From Desulfatiglandales bacterium (GTDB taxonomy: Bacteria > Desulfobacterota > DSM-4660 > Desulfatiglandales > HGW-15), in NCBI GenBank assembly GCA_963667015.2, contig CAXXJJ010000004.1, positions 1,344,001 through 1,408,000 on the forward strand: a DNA stretch of 64,000 bases. Direction: 5' to 3'. Numbering within the stretch: the stretch's first letter is position 1; each line of letters opens with the position of its first letter. The notes under the pieces were generated by a model. That model was not told where the DNA came from. It saw only the letters and a program-made list of their open reading frames with translations, and did no database searches. Position numbers and translations under genes: made by a program. This document shows, in pieces, positions 28,988 to 39,123 of this stretch.

Positions 28988-30565
28988 TTGAAACTGATAA
29001 TCCATGATTTGAAAATCCTCATTGAAGAAGATGGTATTGATGCATATATAGAGTTAGCGTCACAAAGGCTGGGACTGAATGATAAAAATATATCCATCTC
29101 TAAAATCCTCAGCAAATCCCTGGATTTGAAAGACCAGAATCAATTTTATTATAAACTGTCACTGGTCGTTGATGTTCCTGACAGCATTGAAAACATACAG
29201 AACCTTCCCCTCTATAAGGAACCTTTTATCCCGGTTAAAAAAATAAAATCCCTCAAAGACAGACCCATTGTTGTAGGTTTTGGTCCAGCCGGAATGTTTG
29301 CCGCGCTTGAACTAATTGATCACGGATTCAGGCCGATCATATTTGACAGGGGGAAAAAGATAGAGGACCGCTCCATTGATGTACAGAGGTTTATAGAAAG
29401 TAGAGAATTGAATACAGAATCCAATATCCAGTTTGGTGAAGGCGGCGCAGGGTCATTTTCGGACGGTAAGCTTTTTTCGAGGAGAAACAGCAATACCAGC
29501 TATGTAAACCGCGTTTTAAAGACATTTATTAAATTTGGTGCATCTCCAGAAATAGAATATATGAGCAAACCGCACCTGGGCACGGATGTACTCTGCTGGA
29601 TAGTTAAAAATATAAGACTCTATATCCTTGAGAAAGGCGGAGATATTAATTACAGCTCAAAAGTGACGGATATACTCATTTCCAAAGGAAAGGCCTCTGG
29701 CGTTGTCATAAATAATGAAAAGGAATATTTTTCTTCAAACGTCTTTATTGCCCTGGGACATTCTGCCAGGGACACATTTGAGTTGCTGCAAAAAAGAAAT
29801 GTTGCCATGGAGCAGAGGCCCATTTCTGTTGGTGTAAGAATCGAACATCCGGTGGAGACAATCAACCTGATGCGGTATGGAAAAAAATACTGCAGTTACA
29901 ACGGGCTTGGCGCTGCCACATATTCACTCAACTACACAAACCGAAAGAACAAAAGAGGAGTATATACCTTCTGCATGTGTCCGGGCGGTGAGATCGTTAA
30001 TGCCTCATCTCATGACGGCATGCTGGTTCTTAACGGGATGAGCTACTCGCACAGGGACTCACCATTTTCAAATGCGGCACTGGCTGTAACATGTCATACC
30101 GGGGACTATAAATCAGAAGATCCGCTGGCAGGGATAAAATTCCAGGTTGATATTGAACAAAGGGCCTTTAAGGCAGGGGGAGGAACATGGCATACTCCGG
30201 CCCAGAATCTATTGAATTTTTTAGGAAAAACTCAGGCTAATGAAATTAATGAAAACTCATTCAGGATGGGGGCTGTCCCTTGTGACCTGAAAGATGTGCT
30301 CCCGGAATTTGCAGTAACGGAATTACTTGCTGCATTTGATAAGTGGAAAAAACAGGTTCCGCTGTTTATTTCGGAAGAAGCCATATTGTTTGCGCCGGAA
30401 ACAAGAACCTCATCCCCGGTAAGGATATTGCGCGATAAAAATTTCGTATCCCAAAATACAGAAAACCTTATTCCCATAGGTGAAGGCTCCGGTTATACAG
30501 GCGGCATAACAAGCTCTGCGGCCGATGCAATAAAGGCTGTTGAAGCCAGGGTGCTGGAGGGATAA
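28988..30565 (+). CDS. FAD-dependent oxidoreductase/dehydrogenase (COG2509-like)
   Basis: VVGFGPAG, QFGEGGAGSFSDGKL, PHLGTD, FCMCPGG, ETRTSSP. Confidence 0.9.
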   Translation: MKLIIHDLKILIEEDGIDAYIELASQRLGLNDKNISISKILSKSLDLKDQNQFYYKLSLVVDVPDSIENIQNLPLYKEPFIPVKKIKSLKDRPIVVGFGPAGMFAALELIDHGFRPIIFDRGKKIEDRSIDVQRFIESRELNTESNIQFGEGGAGSFSDGKLFSRRNSNTSYVNRVLKTFIKFGASPEIEYMSKPHLGTDVLCWIVKNIRLYILEKGGDINYSSKVTDILISKGKASGVVINNEKEYFSSNVFIALGHSARDTFELLQKRNVAMEQRPISVGVRIEHPVETINLMRYGKKYCSYNGLGAATYSLNYTNRKNKRGVYTFCMCPGGEIVNASSHDGMLVLNGMSYSHRDSPFSNAALAVTCHTGDYKSEDPLAGIKFQVDIEQRAFKAGGGTWHTPAQNLLNFLGKTQANEINENSFRMGAVPCDLKDVLPEFAVTELLAAFDKWKKQVPLFISEEAILFAPETRTSSPVRILRDKNFVSQNTENLIPIGEGSGYTGGITSSAADAIKAVEARVLEG

Positions 30566-30706
30566 GCCTGTGAGGCTCACAGGGCAGGATTCAAGATTCA
30601 AGATTTAAGGTTAAAGATTGGAGGCCACAATTTGTGACCTCCGGTAAAAAGATTATGGCTGCTGCCTTGGACGCGGTCCCAGCTTGACGAAGGGGAATGT
30701 GCATTA

Positions 30707-31321
30707 TTATTTTTTGGGCGGAAAAGGTATCTGCTCGAAACTTGGACGCTCATTGAGCTTGGCGATCCATCGTGTCACATTTTTAAAAGGAGAATAATCA
30801 TACTGAGCAAAATTGGCTGTCATCACACAGCTGGCAACGTTTATGTCAGCCAGTGTAAACCTGTCACCAAGGATATACTCCTTTCCTTCAAGCTGATCAT
30901 CCAGTATTTTAAGTGTTTTGGGCAATTCCTCCATGGCCTTGTTAAAGGCCTTTTCGTCCTTCTGATCTTCAGTAGCCCTGAACTTCTGGAAGGCTATGGT
31001 GTATAAATGATGCTGAATCTCGAGAATCGACCAGTAGCTCCACTGATCCACAAGTGCCTTCTCTTCGGGGCTGTCTCCAAGCAGATCCGTTTTGTACTTT
31101 GTTGCAAGGTAATTGTTGATGGCCATGGACTCCCAGAGGACAAAATCCCCGTCAACTATACAGGGGATTTTACCATTGGGATTAAGTTTAAGGTATTCAG
31201 GCTTGGAGCCTTCACCCTTGGCAAGGTCCACCATTACTTCTTCATACTCAATACCCATCTCAAGCATGAGTACATGACACCTGAAGGCACTTCCTAATTT
31301 TATACCGTAGATTTTTATCAT
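30707..31321 (-). CDS. Glutathione S-transferase family protein
   Basis: LNPNGKIP, LWESMAI, FTLADI. Confidence 0.92.
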   Translation of the reverse strand: MIKIYGIKLGSAFRCHVLMLEMGIEYEEVMVDLAKGEGSKPEYLKLNPNGKIPCIVDGDFVLWESMAINNYLATKYKTDLLGDSPEEKALVDQWSYWSILEIQHHLYTIAFQKFRATEDQKDEKAFNKAMEELPKTLKILDDQLEGKEYILGDRFTLADINVASCVMTANFAQYDYSPFKNVTRWIAKLNERPSFEQIPFPPKK

Positions 31322-31342
31322 GTTTAACCCTCCTTAAAATTA

Positions 31343-34300
31343 TTATCTCTTCCTGTATAATATTAACTTCTTATAATCAACCTGAACATCGGCTACACCC
31401 TTTAACACATCAATATAAAGGCTTTTTACAGCCGGCTCTTCGTTGATTGTTTCAACTGTTATTTTTGTCAGCGGGTTAAACTCCCTTTCGAGCATTAACT
31501 TCAATACTGACAGGCATTTTTCCATATCCGGATCATCGGGAGAGAGCATAAAAGTCAACGTCTTTCCAATCCCCTCGGAAAACATGACAGGTTTGGTTCC
31601 CCTGTATACAATATGGTTTCCCGGCAGCCGTTTGGGAAGTGTGCCCCTGAAATAGTCAAGCTGTATGCCGCACATTGATACAGGGTCCATTGCACTGACC
31701 CAGTAGATTTCTTCTTCAGGCTTAAAACTAATCAATAACTGGAATGCTTTACGTGAAATAAACTGGGGACCAGGCAGCCCTTTAAAAAAATACCCTGAAA
31801 GGACTTCTCCGGAAAGCTCCATGATACGCAGAGACCTGAAAAGCGACTTCCAGCTAAACTCGGGCAGCTCACGAAACAGCAGTTCACGAAAGATAATCCC
31901 GTACCTGTCTAAAAGGAGCCTTACCCTATCCTTCTTCAGTTCTTCCTCTTCAATGAGATCGGTTTCATGTTCAGGTTCCGGCAGCCTGAACCAGTTGCCT
32001 GAATATGACAGTGCCCCCTTCCACCTGCTGAACCCGGAACGCCTGCCCATTCCTCTGCCCTTTCTGCCGGATGTCTGGCGCTCAGCTAAATCCACTGCCT
32101 TGAACCTGTTTTCTATTCCTCTTCTGAGGGCAGCAAAACTGTCGTTCGAGATCTTTCCTTTCCATACACCGTTCCACAACCTCTCAGCCAGTTCTACTGA
32201 ACTGCTTTTTGAGATATCCATAAGGCTGAAAAAATCAAATTTCGCCTTTGAATCAGTGAAGAGGTCATCAAGTGAATCAGGGTTTTCTTCTGTTCGCGAC
32301 TGACCGAGAAGCTCCAGCTCCGGTTCAAAGCAGAATGCTGTCCTCTGTTTTTCAAAACCTGTCCAGATGAGATCGCTCTCCTGCATTATCCTGTCAAGGT
32401 ATGCCCCCTTGTAATCCCTTAACCGGGAAGGAAGTATGGCAGTCTCCCAGAATTCAGCAGCAAGAGGAAGACACAGAAGCTGTTCCATGCACCTGAAAAG
32501 GCCGTCAATACCATTATCAGGCTTCACAAGCCCCTGATACATGGCAAGGAACAGAGGCAGGCATTCTGTTTCAAGGGGATCAAATACCGGTACAGCCCTG
32601 GCTCTTTTTATCCTTAACAGTATTTCATAGTTTTCACTGTCGCAGAAAAACATGTCCTGACTTCCTGCGATCAGGTTTCCGGTTATAACATCATTTGAGT
32701 CCGCAAGACTGTCAAGCAAAGGCTGGAGATCATGTGTACCAATCCCAAGCACACCGGATATCTTTTCTATTGTTATTGGTCCATAGAACCTGAGCCATTC
32801 GGAAAACAGAGTTGTAAAAATCTCATCAGGTGTTTTATCACCATTTAATTCATTTCTATTGCCCGCATCAAAGGAAAGTTTGCCTCCTGAATACAGTTCA
32901 ATCCTGAGATCAATATTGAAATTACTGAATGCCTTTTCTATCAGCCATAAAGCTTCAAGAGAGGCAACCAGAGGCTTATCAAGATCAGACACATAGATAT
33001 GGATAAGTTTCCCCCTGACAGGTTCAATAATTATTTCTGCTTTTTCACCTGTGTCCCTTTCAATAGCAGCAAATAACTCTTCCCACTCTTCAGGGGGAAT
33101 AAATATCCGTTCCTTGACCCAGTCCAGGAGTTCATCCGGGTCCTGTGGTGAATAACCTGCGTATAATCTCTGCCTCTTTAGTTCAAATTCCCTGATAATA
33201 TCAGGGTCCACTGCAGGACGGAGTTCGGGGTCAGAAATAACCTCCTGCAACAGATCGCCCCTGGTCGCCGATGTATCTGACGCAGGCTGGTCCAGTTCGT
33301 ACATATACTGGTTTATCTGGTTCCATGCGATATTGGAGGCAAAGGGGCTTGGCCTTAGTGTGTTTGCAACAGACCACCTTATTACACCTGATGAGAGTTC
33401 ACCCAGCATCATCCTGAGGTTTTCAAGGTCAAATTCATCATTAAGGCATGTTCGCCATGTCTCCATGAGGATAGGAAAATCATCAAATTTTATCACCTTT
33501 TCGAGGAGTTTTTTTGAACGAAGCCTGGTCATCCATAAGGGCATTCTCTCGGTTATTTTATTCCGGGTAATGAGCAGTGCCCTTCCTGCACATTCCCTGA
33601 ACCTGGCCCCGAAGAAGCCTGATTTTTCGAGCTGTTTTTTAAGATAAAAATCAAGGGTTGATTCGGTTACCAGTGACAGGATTTCTTCAGATTCTATATT
33701 GCTTTCGAGCTGGAACACGATGGAGTCATTGCCCGGAAAAATCTCCAGGTATTCGCCGTATTTCTCCATCCAGGCGGCATTGATCGCCATTGCATAGGGC
33801 CTGTTGAGCCTTCCTCCCCACAGTGTATGTATTACAAGCTGGTTTCCGGGAACACCCGCAGGCCCGGTGTTTACCTGTTCAAACAGGATGTGATGGCGAT
33901 GGGGAAGGTCGGTGCCTGTAAACTCCTTCTGCCTTTTCATAAAACCGGCAAGCTCACCTGATGATGTTTCATCCATAAAGTGGTGTTCTCTCAGGAATTC
34001 CTCAAAATCACTGTCATCCAGCCGGTCATTTGCCATCTCAAGAAACGATGATATCCTGTCAGAAAAATAGAAATCACGGTTCAGTTCATTGCTCCGCCAG
34101 AATGGAGTATCCATGATTGACGAACCGGATGGTGTTACAAAGACATCATTATGGGTTATCTTATGTATCTTCCAGTTTCCTGTACCGAATGTTACAAGCT
34201 GCCCGGTACGTGCCTCCCACACAAACTCCTCGTCCAGTTCTCCGATTAAGGCGCCTGTATCTTTATGCCTCAGCTTATAGTATCCACGATCGGGGATGGT

Positions 34301-35794
34301 CCCTCCTGACATATAGACGGAAAGCAGCGCTCCTTTTTTGGCCTTTACCCGGTTGTCGATTCTATCGATAGATATGCGGGGATTGAGCTCCCTGATCCTG
34401 CTGTCGCTGTATTTGCCTGCAAGCATATCAAGCACCAGATCAAACTGCACCCTTGAAAGATCCCTGTATGGATAGCTGGTGCGTATCCACATGTAGAGAT
34501 CATCAATATCCCAGGTCTCTACTCCTGTCATTGAGATGAGCACCTGGGAAAGCACATCCAGCGGACATTTTACAGTCTCAACCTGTTCTATGTCCTGTGA
34601 CACAACAGCCTCTGCAAGGACGGCACCTTCAAGAAAATCATGATCATGGGTAGGGAAAAGGGTGCATCTGCTGATTTCTCCGACCCTGTGACCTGCCCTT
34701 CCGATCCGCTGTATGGCAGATGAGATGGTGGATGGTGACTGGAGAAGAACCACCTCATCGAGCGCGCCTATATCAATCCCCATCTCAAGGGAGCTTGTTG
34801 CCACTATGGCCCTGAGTTCTCCCTTCTTGAGCTTCTGCTCTACCTCTGTCCGGATCTCCCTTGAGAGGGACCCGTGATGGGCATAGGCCATATTATGATC
34901 CTCCCCCTGGTTTATCATGTAGGTGATCTTTTCACACAGACGGCGGCTGTTGGTAAAAATAAGGGTGGATCTGTTTTTTCTTATCACCTCCCGGCATTCA
35001 TCTGCCAGAAAATCCCATATTGAATCCTGGGGCGGCCTGTTGACGGCATCCTCAGGAAAGGAAATAAGTACCCTGTATTCTTTTATTTCATCAGACCGGA
35101 TCATGGACACACTGCGGGGTGTAAACACAGGCAGGAGCGGATTACCTTTTACCTGAAAACCACCGACAAACCCGGCCACCTTTTTGAGAGGACGGACTGT
35201 TGCCGAAAGTGTTATCCTCTGGAACTCACCTGAAAGCCTTACAATACGGTCAACAGCAGTAATAAGGTGCACACCCCGCTTATCGCCCACTACTGCATGA
35301 ATCTCATCAAGTATGACGGTTTTTATACCGGTAAGTATAGATCTCCCGCTCTTTGAACTTAACAGGAGGTTAAGGCTCTCAGGGGTTGTTATTAATATCT
35401 CGGGAGGGTGTCTGACCATATGTCTTCGGTCCGACTGTGATGTGTCGCCGCTCCGGGTCATTACACCTATGCGGGGAAAGGCTTCACCCTCTGATTCAAA
35501 GAGACTGTTAAGTTCCTCAAGGGGTTGTATGAGGTTTTGCTTTATATCATTGTTAAGTGCCTTAAGGGGAGAGACATAGAGGACGCGGGTTGTACCGGCT
35601 TCCCATTTACCGGTAAGGAGCCGGTTTATTGCCCATAAAAAGGCAGTAAGGGTCTTTCCGCTTCCGGTCGGAGCAGTTATTAACACATTACTGCCCGAGG
35701 CAATCTCGGGCCATGACTTTTTCTGGATATCGGTGGGACTGCCGACACTCTCTTTAAACCATTTAACAATGAGGGGATGGAAGATATTTTCCAT
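31343..35794 (-). CDS. lhr: Lhr-like ATP-dependent helicase with C-terminal winged-helix region
   Basis: APTGSGKT, TTPESL, DEIH, HHGSLS, LEMGIDIG, QRIGRAGH, LDEEFVWE. Confidence 0.92.
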   Translation of the reverse strand: MENIFHPLIVKWFKESVGSPTDIQKKSWPEIASGSNVLITAPTGSGKTLTAFLWAINRLLTGKWEAGTTRVLYVSPLKALNNDIKQNLIQPLEELNSLFESEGEAFPRIGVMTRSGDTSQSDRRHMVRHPPEILITTPESLNLLLSSKSGRSILTGIKTVILDEIHAVVGDKRGVHLITAVDRIVRLSGEFQRITLSATVRPLKKVAGFVGGFQVKGNPLLPVFTPRSVSMIRSDEIKEYRVLISFPEDAVNRPPQDSIWDFLADECREVIRKNRSTLIFTNSRRLCEKITYMINQGEDHNMAYAHHGSLSREIRTEVEQKLKKGELRAIVATSSLEMGIDIGALDEVVLLQSPSTISSAIQRIGRAGHRVGEISRCTLFPTHDHDFLEGAVLAEAVVSQDIEQVETVKCPLDVLSQVLISMTGVETWDIDDLYMWIRTSYPYRDLSRVQFDLVLDMLAGKYSDSRIRELNPRISIDRIDNRVKAKKGALLSVYMSGGTIPDRGYYKLRHKDTGALIGELDEEFVWEARTGQLVTFGTGNWKIHKITHNDVFVTPSGSSIMDTPFWRSNELNRDFYFSDRISSFLEMANDRLDDSDFEEFLREHHFMDETSSGELAGFMKRQKEFTGTDLPHRHHILFEQVNTGPAGVPGNQLVIHTLWGGRLNRPYAMAINAAWMEKYGEYLEIFPGNDSIVFQLESNIESEEILSLVTESTLDFYLKKQLEKSGFFGARFRECAGRALLITRNKITERMPLWMTRLRSKKLLEKVIKFDDFPILMETWRTCLNDEFDLENLRMMLGELSSGVIRWSVANTLRPSPFASNIAWNQINQYMYELDQPASDTSATRGDLLQEVISDPELRPAVDPDIIREFELKRQRLYAGYSPQDPDELLDWVKERIFIPPEEWEELFAAIERDTGEKAEIIIEPVRGKLIHIYVSDLDKPLVASLEALWLIEKAFSNFNIDLRIELYSGGKLSFDAGNRNELNGDKTPDEIFTTLFSEWLRFYGPITIEKISGVLGIGTHDLQPLLDSLADSNDVITGNLIAGSQDMFFCDSENYEILLRIKRARAVPVFDPLETECLPLFLAMYQGLVKPDNGIDGLFRCMEQLLCLPLAAEFWETAILPSRLRDYKGAYLDRIMQESDLIWTGFEKQRTAFCFEPELELLGQSRTEENPDSLDDLFTDSKAKFDFFSLMDISKSSSVELAERLWNGVWKGKISNDSFAALRRGIENRFKAVDLAERQTSGRKGRGMGRRSGFSRWKGALSYSGNWFRLPEPEHETDLIEEEELKKDRVRLLLDRYGIIFRELLFRELPEFSWKSLFRSLRIMELSGEVLSGYFFKGLPGPQFISRKAFQLLISFKPEEEIYWVSAMDPVSMCGIQLDYFRGTLPKRLPGNHIVYRGTKPVMFSEGIGKTLTFMLSPDDPDMEKCLSVLKLMLEREFNPLTKITVETINEEPAVKSLYIDVLKGVADVQVDYKKLILYRKR

Positions 35795-35803
35795 TATTGC
35801 AGG

Positions 35804-35888
35804 AGCTTTCAGCTGTCAGCATTCAGCTGTCAGCCTGTCTTTGTTTTAAAGTCTTTTGCTGAAAGCTGACCGCTGACTGCTGATCGCT
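35804..35888. repeat. Inverted tandem heptamer repeats (AGCnnTC x4 / GCTGAnn x4)
   Basis: AGCTTTC AGCTGTC AGCATTC AGCTGTC AGC ... GCTGAAA GCTGACC GCTGACT GCTGATC GCT. Confidence 0.8.
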
Positions 35889-35958
35889 ATATTATATTGC
35901 ATGATTTTCAGGGGTAACAAAAACTGGTTATTATTTGATATTTACCCTGTTCAACCCG

Positions 35959-36741
35959 TTATTTGCCTGTTTCAAACCGGAATTCCTGGTCAGGATCGAC
36001 AACGGCAAGTACCCTTACGATACAGCCGTCGCCGCCGTCCCAGCGCCACGGGAAGGCCATGAAGAAACATCTTTTGCCGGTTACCTCATCAAGGTCGCCA
36101 CCGATGTTCTCGATGCCGGGGATATGGCCTTTAACCATAAGATTTTTATGGCCCGTCTCCCATCCCGGGAAATCTTCCTTTGGATCCCTTCCTGTTTCCG
36201 CCTTGTATTCATCTATAAGATGGGGCTGGGATGGTCCTAGACCATGGTCAACCAGCTTGGTTGCTATGGGATGGTCGTTGGCCTGATGCCCATAGCCGAC
36301 AAGTTTAATCTTTTTATCAACAAGCCACTGGGCGCCTTCGCCGTAAATACCGCAGCCATAGGCAAAGTATTCATCTGTATCTGCCCATTTGTGATGGAAA
36401 CCGGTATTGATCATTACAATATCGCCTTCCTGGATTTTCGGACGTGCATTTTCCAGATCTTCGGCGGTTATTACCCCCCATTTTCCCTTTGGTATGGAAA
36501 CCGCAACACCGGTTCCGGCAAGCTGCCACAGGGGATAATCGGATATGCCCGGGGTATTTTCAGTAACATGAATAGGGGCATCCATGTGTGTACACCTGTG
36601 CATGATGCCTTCCCAGTTTACCTGATAGATACCGTCCTTGGCATGAAATTTATCGACGGTAACATTTACACCGGGAGTTGAAGGCCATTCCGGCATATGC
36701 TGATGAAAAGAATGGCTTAAATTATATATCTGAAGACTCAT
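35959..36741 (-). CDS. Cyclase-family (kynurenine formamidase-like) metallohydrolase B
   Basis: HRCTHMDAPIH, GDIVMINTG, GIENIGG. Confidence 0.88.
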   Translation of the reverse strand: MSLQIYNLSHSFHQHMPEWPSTPGVNVTVDKFHAKDGIYQVNWEGIMHRCTHMDAPIHVTENTPGISDYPLWQLAGTGVAVSIPKGKWGVITAEDLENARPKIQEGDIVMINTGFHHKWADTDEYFAYGCGIYGEGAQWLVDKKIKLVGYGHQANDHPIATKLVDHGLGPSQPHLIDEYKAETGRDPKEDFPGWETGHKNLMVKGHIPGIENIGGDLDEVTGKRCFFMAFPWRWDGGDGCIVRVLAVVDPDQEFRFETGK

Positions 36742-36780
36742 ATTATTATTCCTCGTTATTTATAAATTTACTTTTTGACC

Positions 36781-37587
36781 CTATTCTTTACCGGAATCAA
36801 TGCGGGTTTTTCCTTCCGGATCGATCATGGCAACAAACCTTACCGGGCATGCATCACCATACCTGAACTTCCATGGTGTGGCCACAAAGGTAGCCCTTTT
36901 CCCGATAAGCAGATCAACATCACCGCCGACCTGCTCGATTGTGGGTATGTTGGCTCCCAGAAGGGTCTTATGTGCAACGTTCCATTCCGGGAATTCCTTT
37001 CGGGCATCTCTGCCTGTCTCTGCCTCATAGGCAGCAGCCAGTCTTTTCATGGTTGGTCCCCCCCTGTGCGGACCGAGTGAGGTGGCCAGAGGGCAGTCAA
37101 TCTGCTGTGTGTCTACAGCAACCATTTTACACTCTTTTGCCACGAGCCATTCGGCCGCATCCCTTGAAAGTCCCGGGCATTCCCCGAAATATTCTATGGA
37201 ATCGGAATATTTATGGTGCCATCCAGTTACAATGACGACGATATCGCCTTTCTTAACCCCGGGCTTTGCAGCCTCAAGGTCCTTTGCAGTGATAACCTCA
37301 TATTTACCCCTGGGTATTCCAAGGACAACGCCGTTTCCGAAAAACCTGTCTTCGGGAATTGATTCCAGATCCGCTCCCTTCTGGATCATGTGAATGGGTG
37401 CGTTCATGTGAGTACCTGTATGCATTACAGTATTTATCTTCCAGGCCAGTACACCGTGCTGAGCATGCTTTACCGAACGGAACATCCTGACATCAGTCTG
37501 TCCCGGATAGGATGGAACACCGTGCCCCCAGGGATGACTGAGGTCAAGAAACTGAAGGCCTGAATAAGGGTCAGAAACAAATGACAT
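36781..37587 (-). CDS. Cyclase-family metallohydrolase A
   Basis: HTGTHMNAPIH, GDIVVIVTG, TIEQVGG. Confidence 0.88.
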   Translation of the reverse strand: MSFVSDPYSGLQFLDLSHPWGHGVPSYPGQTDVRMFRSVKHAQHGVLAWKINTVMHTGTHMNAPIHMIQKGADLESIPEDRFFGNGVVLGIPRGKYEVITAKDLEAAKPGVKKGDIVVIVTGWHHKYSDSIEYFGECPGLSRDAAEWLVAKECKMVAVDTQQIDCPLATSLGPHRGGPTMKRLAAAYEAETGRDARKEFPEWNVAHKTLLGANIPTIEQVGGDVDLLIGKRATFVATPWKFRYGDACPVRFVAMIDPEGKTRIDSGKE

Positions 37588-37630
37588 AGTAACCTCTCTT
37601 TTTTAATTAAAATAATTGCAAATATAATAA

Positions 37631-37706
37631 CTTATCAATACTTTATAAAATTGATAAGAATTAATTAACCGAATGGAAGTTTATGGAGTTTCCTCTTTTA
37701 TGTCAA
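37631..37706 (-). promoter_or_regulatory. Putative sigma70 promoter with downstream operator-like inverted repeat
   Basis: TTGACA-17-TAAACT (37706-37678); CTTATCAAT-N10-ATTGATAAG at 37631-37658. Confidence 0.5.
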
Positions 37707-37783
37707 TGAATAAGTCCGGTGACAGGCCTTAAAAAATTATAAAGATCAGAATCTGTTCTATTGAGAAAACAATAAGTTAAAGA

Positions 37784-38383
37784 TCAGATACAGTCCAGGA
37801 AGCACCTGCCTATTTCTTCCCATGTTTTACATCTCAGGATTCCCGGCTGCAGTTTACAGTTCCTGTTCCATGGCCGATCAAAAAGGATCACAGGCCTGTT
37901 CATCCTTTGCCTGATAAATCGCACCATATCCACCGAATCCTCTATGGCAAGACTGAATTCCATTTCGGCAAACCGGTCAAGGGTGATGGCTATATTCTTA
38001 TCCACAACTGGCCTGGAATATTTATCCACCATAATAAAGGAATCAAAAGGGACACTATTGCGCCTTAGCCATTCAAGGCTTGATTCATATGTGGATGTCA
38101 GCCGCCCGGTAACAACCATTATTTCGAAACCCCTGGCCGACCAGGAGTTGAGCACATCAATAGAGCCTTCAACAGGTTCAAGTTCCAGTATTATTTCGGG
38201 CCTGTGAACCAGGCTGAAGAAATATTCATACTCGCTGTCGGAAAGAGTAAATGAATCCTGGAGGTTAAAGGAGGTGATGCCTTCAAAGTCAACGGTCCTT
38301 CCGAATTCTCGTTTTAATATATCAACATAATGGCAGGTGGTTTTTGCAATGACATCATCCAGGTCAACGTAGATAAAAGGCAA
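37784..38383 (-). CDS. HAD-family 5'(3')-nucleotidase (NT5C-like)
   Basis: YVDLDDVI, VTGR, IEDS, RPWN. Confidence 0.85.
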   Translation of the reverse strand: MPFIYVDLDDVIAKTTCHYVDILKREFGRTVDFEGITSFNLQDSFTLSDSEYEYFFSLVHRPEIILELEPVEGSIDVLNSWSARGFEIMVVTGRLTSTYESSLEWLRRNSVPFDSFIMVDKYSRPVVDKNIAITLDRFAEMEFSLAIEDSVDMVRFIRQRMNRPVILFDRPWNRNCKLQPGILRCKTWEEIGRCFLDCI

Positions 38384-38397
38384 AACAGATCCCTGTG

Positions 38398-39084
38398 TTA
38401 TTCTTCTTCAATTACTTTTACATCGCCGGGAACCTTAAAATCAAAAAAGCCGTCATCAATGTCATTCCTCTGCTCAAATACCCCCAGCCTGAACCTTGTG
38501 ATGTTGCCAGCAATGTCTATTATCTCAATCCTGGTTATCCTGTAATCCGTTGCTGATACTGTAACATTGATGGAATCTATCTCCTCCAGTGATTCCTTTG
38601 GAGTCAGTGCAAGGGTATGCTCTTCAGTATCCCCGGATTCGGCGATTGTAACATCAAAGGCATCTTCCGGGTTCTTCAACCCCATAAATATCATTGATAA
38701 TATGGAAAGCTCCTTACCCATATCATCAAACCTGTAGGCAGTCTTTTCTTCAGGCACATACCACCATATGGTTTTGCCATTGGAAAACACATACTCTATA
38801 CGGGGAACATCCTGCTGCACCTTTAAAAAATCCGGTCCCTTAAAAAAGAAAGCCCCCGAGGCCATGTCTGACCCGATACCCTCTTCCAGCATTGCCATGG
38901 ATTTTGAGAGTATCTCTCGCTGGTAGGAAACGGTCATACCTGCGGCGAACTTTTTGTGGGCGTCAACTACCTTTTCCAGGATATTGCTGACCTTTGTTTC
39001 TGCATGAACAGGCAGACATGCCAGTATGAACACAATAATCAATGATATAACAACCCCTGATTTTTTATTGAAAATATGAACCAT
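38398..39084 (-). CDS. lolA: Outer-membrane lipoprotein carrier LolA
   Basis: Signal peptide, SNGKTIWWYVPE, FDFKVPGDV; directly downstream of ftsK. Confidence 0.85.
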   Translation of the reverse strand: MVHIFNKKSGVVISLIIVFILACLPVHAETKVSNILEKVVDAHKKFAAGMTVSYQREILSKSMAMLEEGIGSDMASGAFFFKGPDFLKVQQDVPRIEYVFSNGKTIWWYVPEEKTAYRFDDMGKELSILSMIFMGLKNPEDAFDVTIAESGDTEEHTLALTPKESLEEIDSINVTVSATDYRITRIEIIDIAGNITRFRLGVFEQRNDIDDGFFDFKVPGDVKVIEEE

Positions 39085-39123
39085 ATTTATACCTTTCTTA
39101 GTGTCCCGTTTCCGGATACTGAT

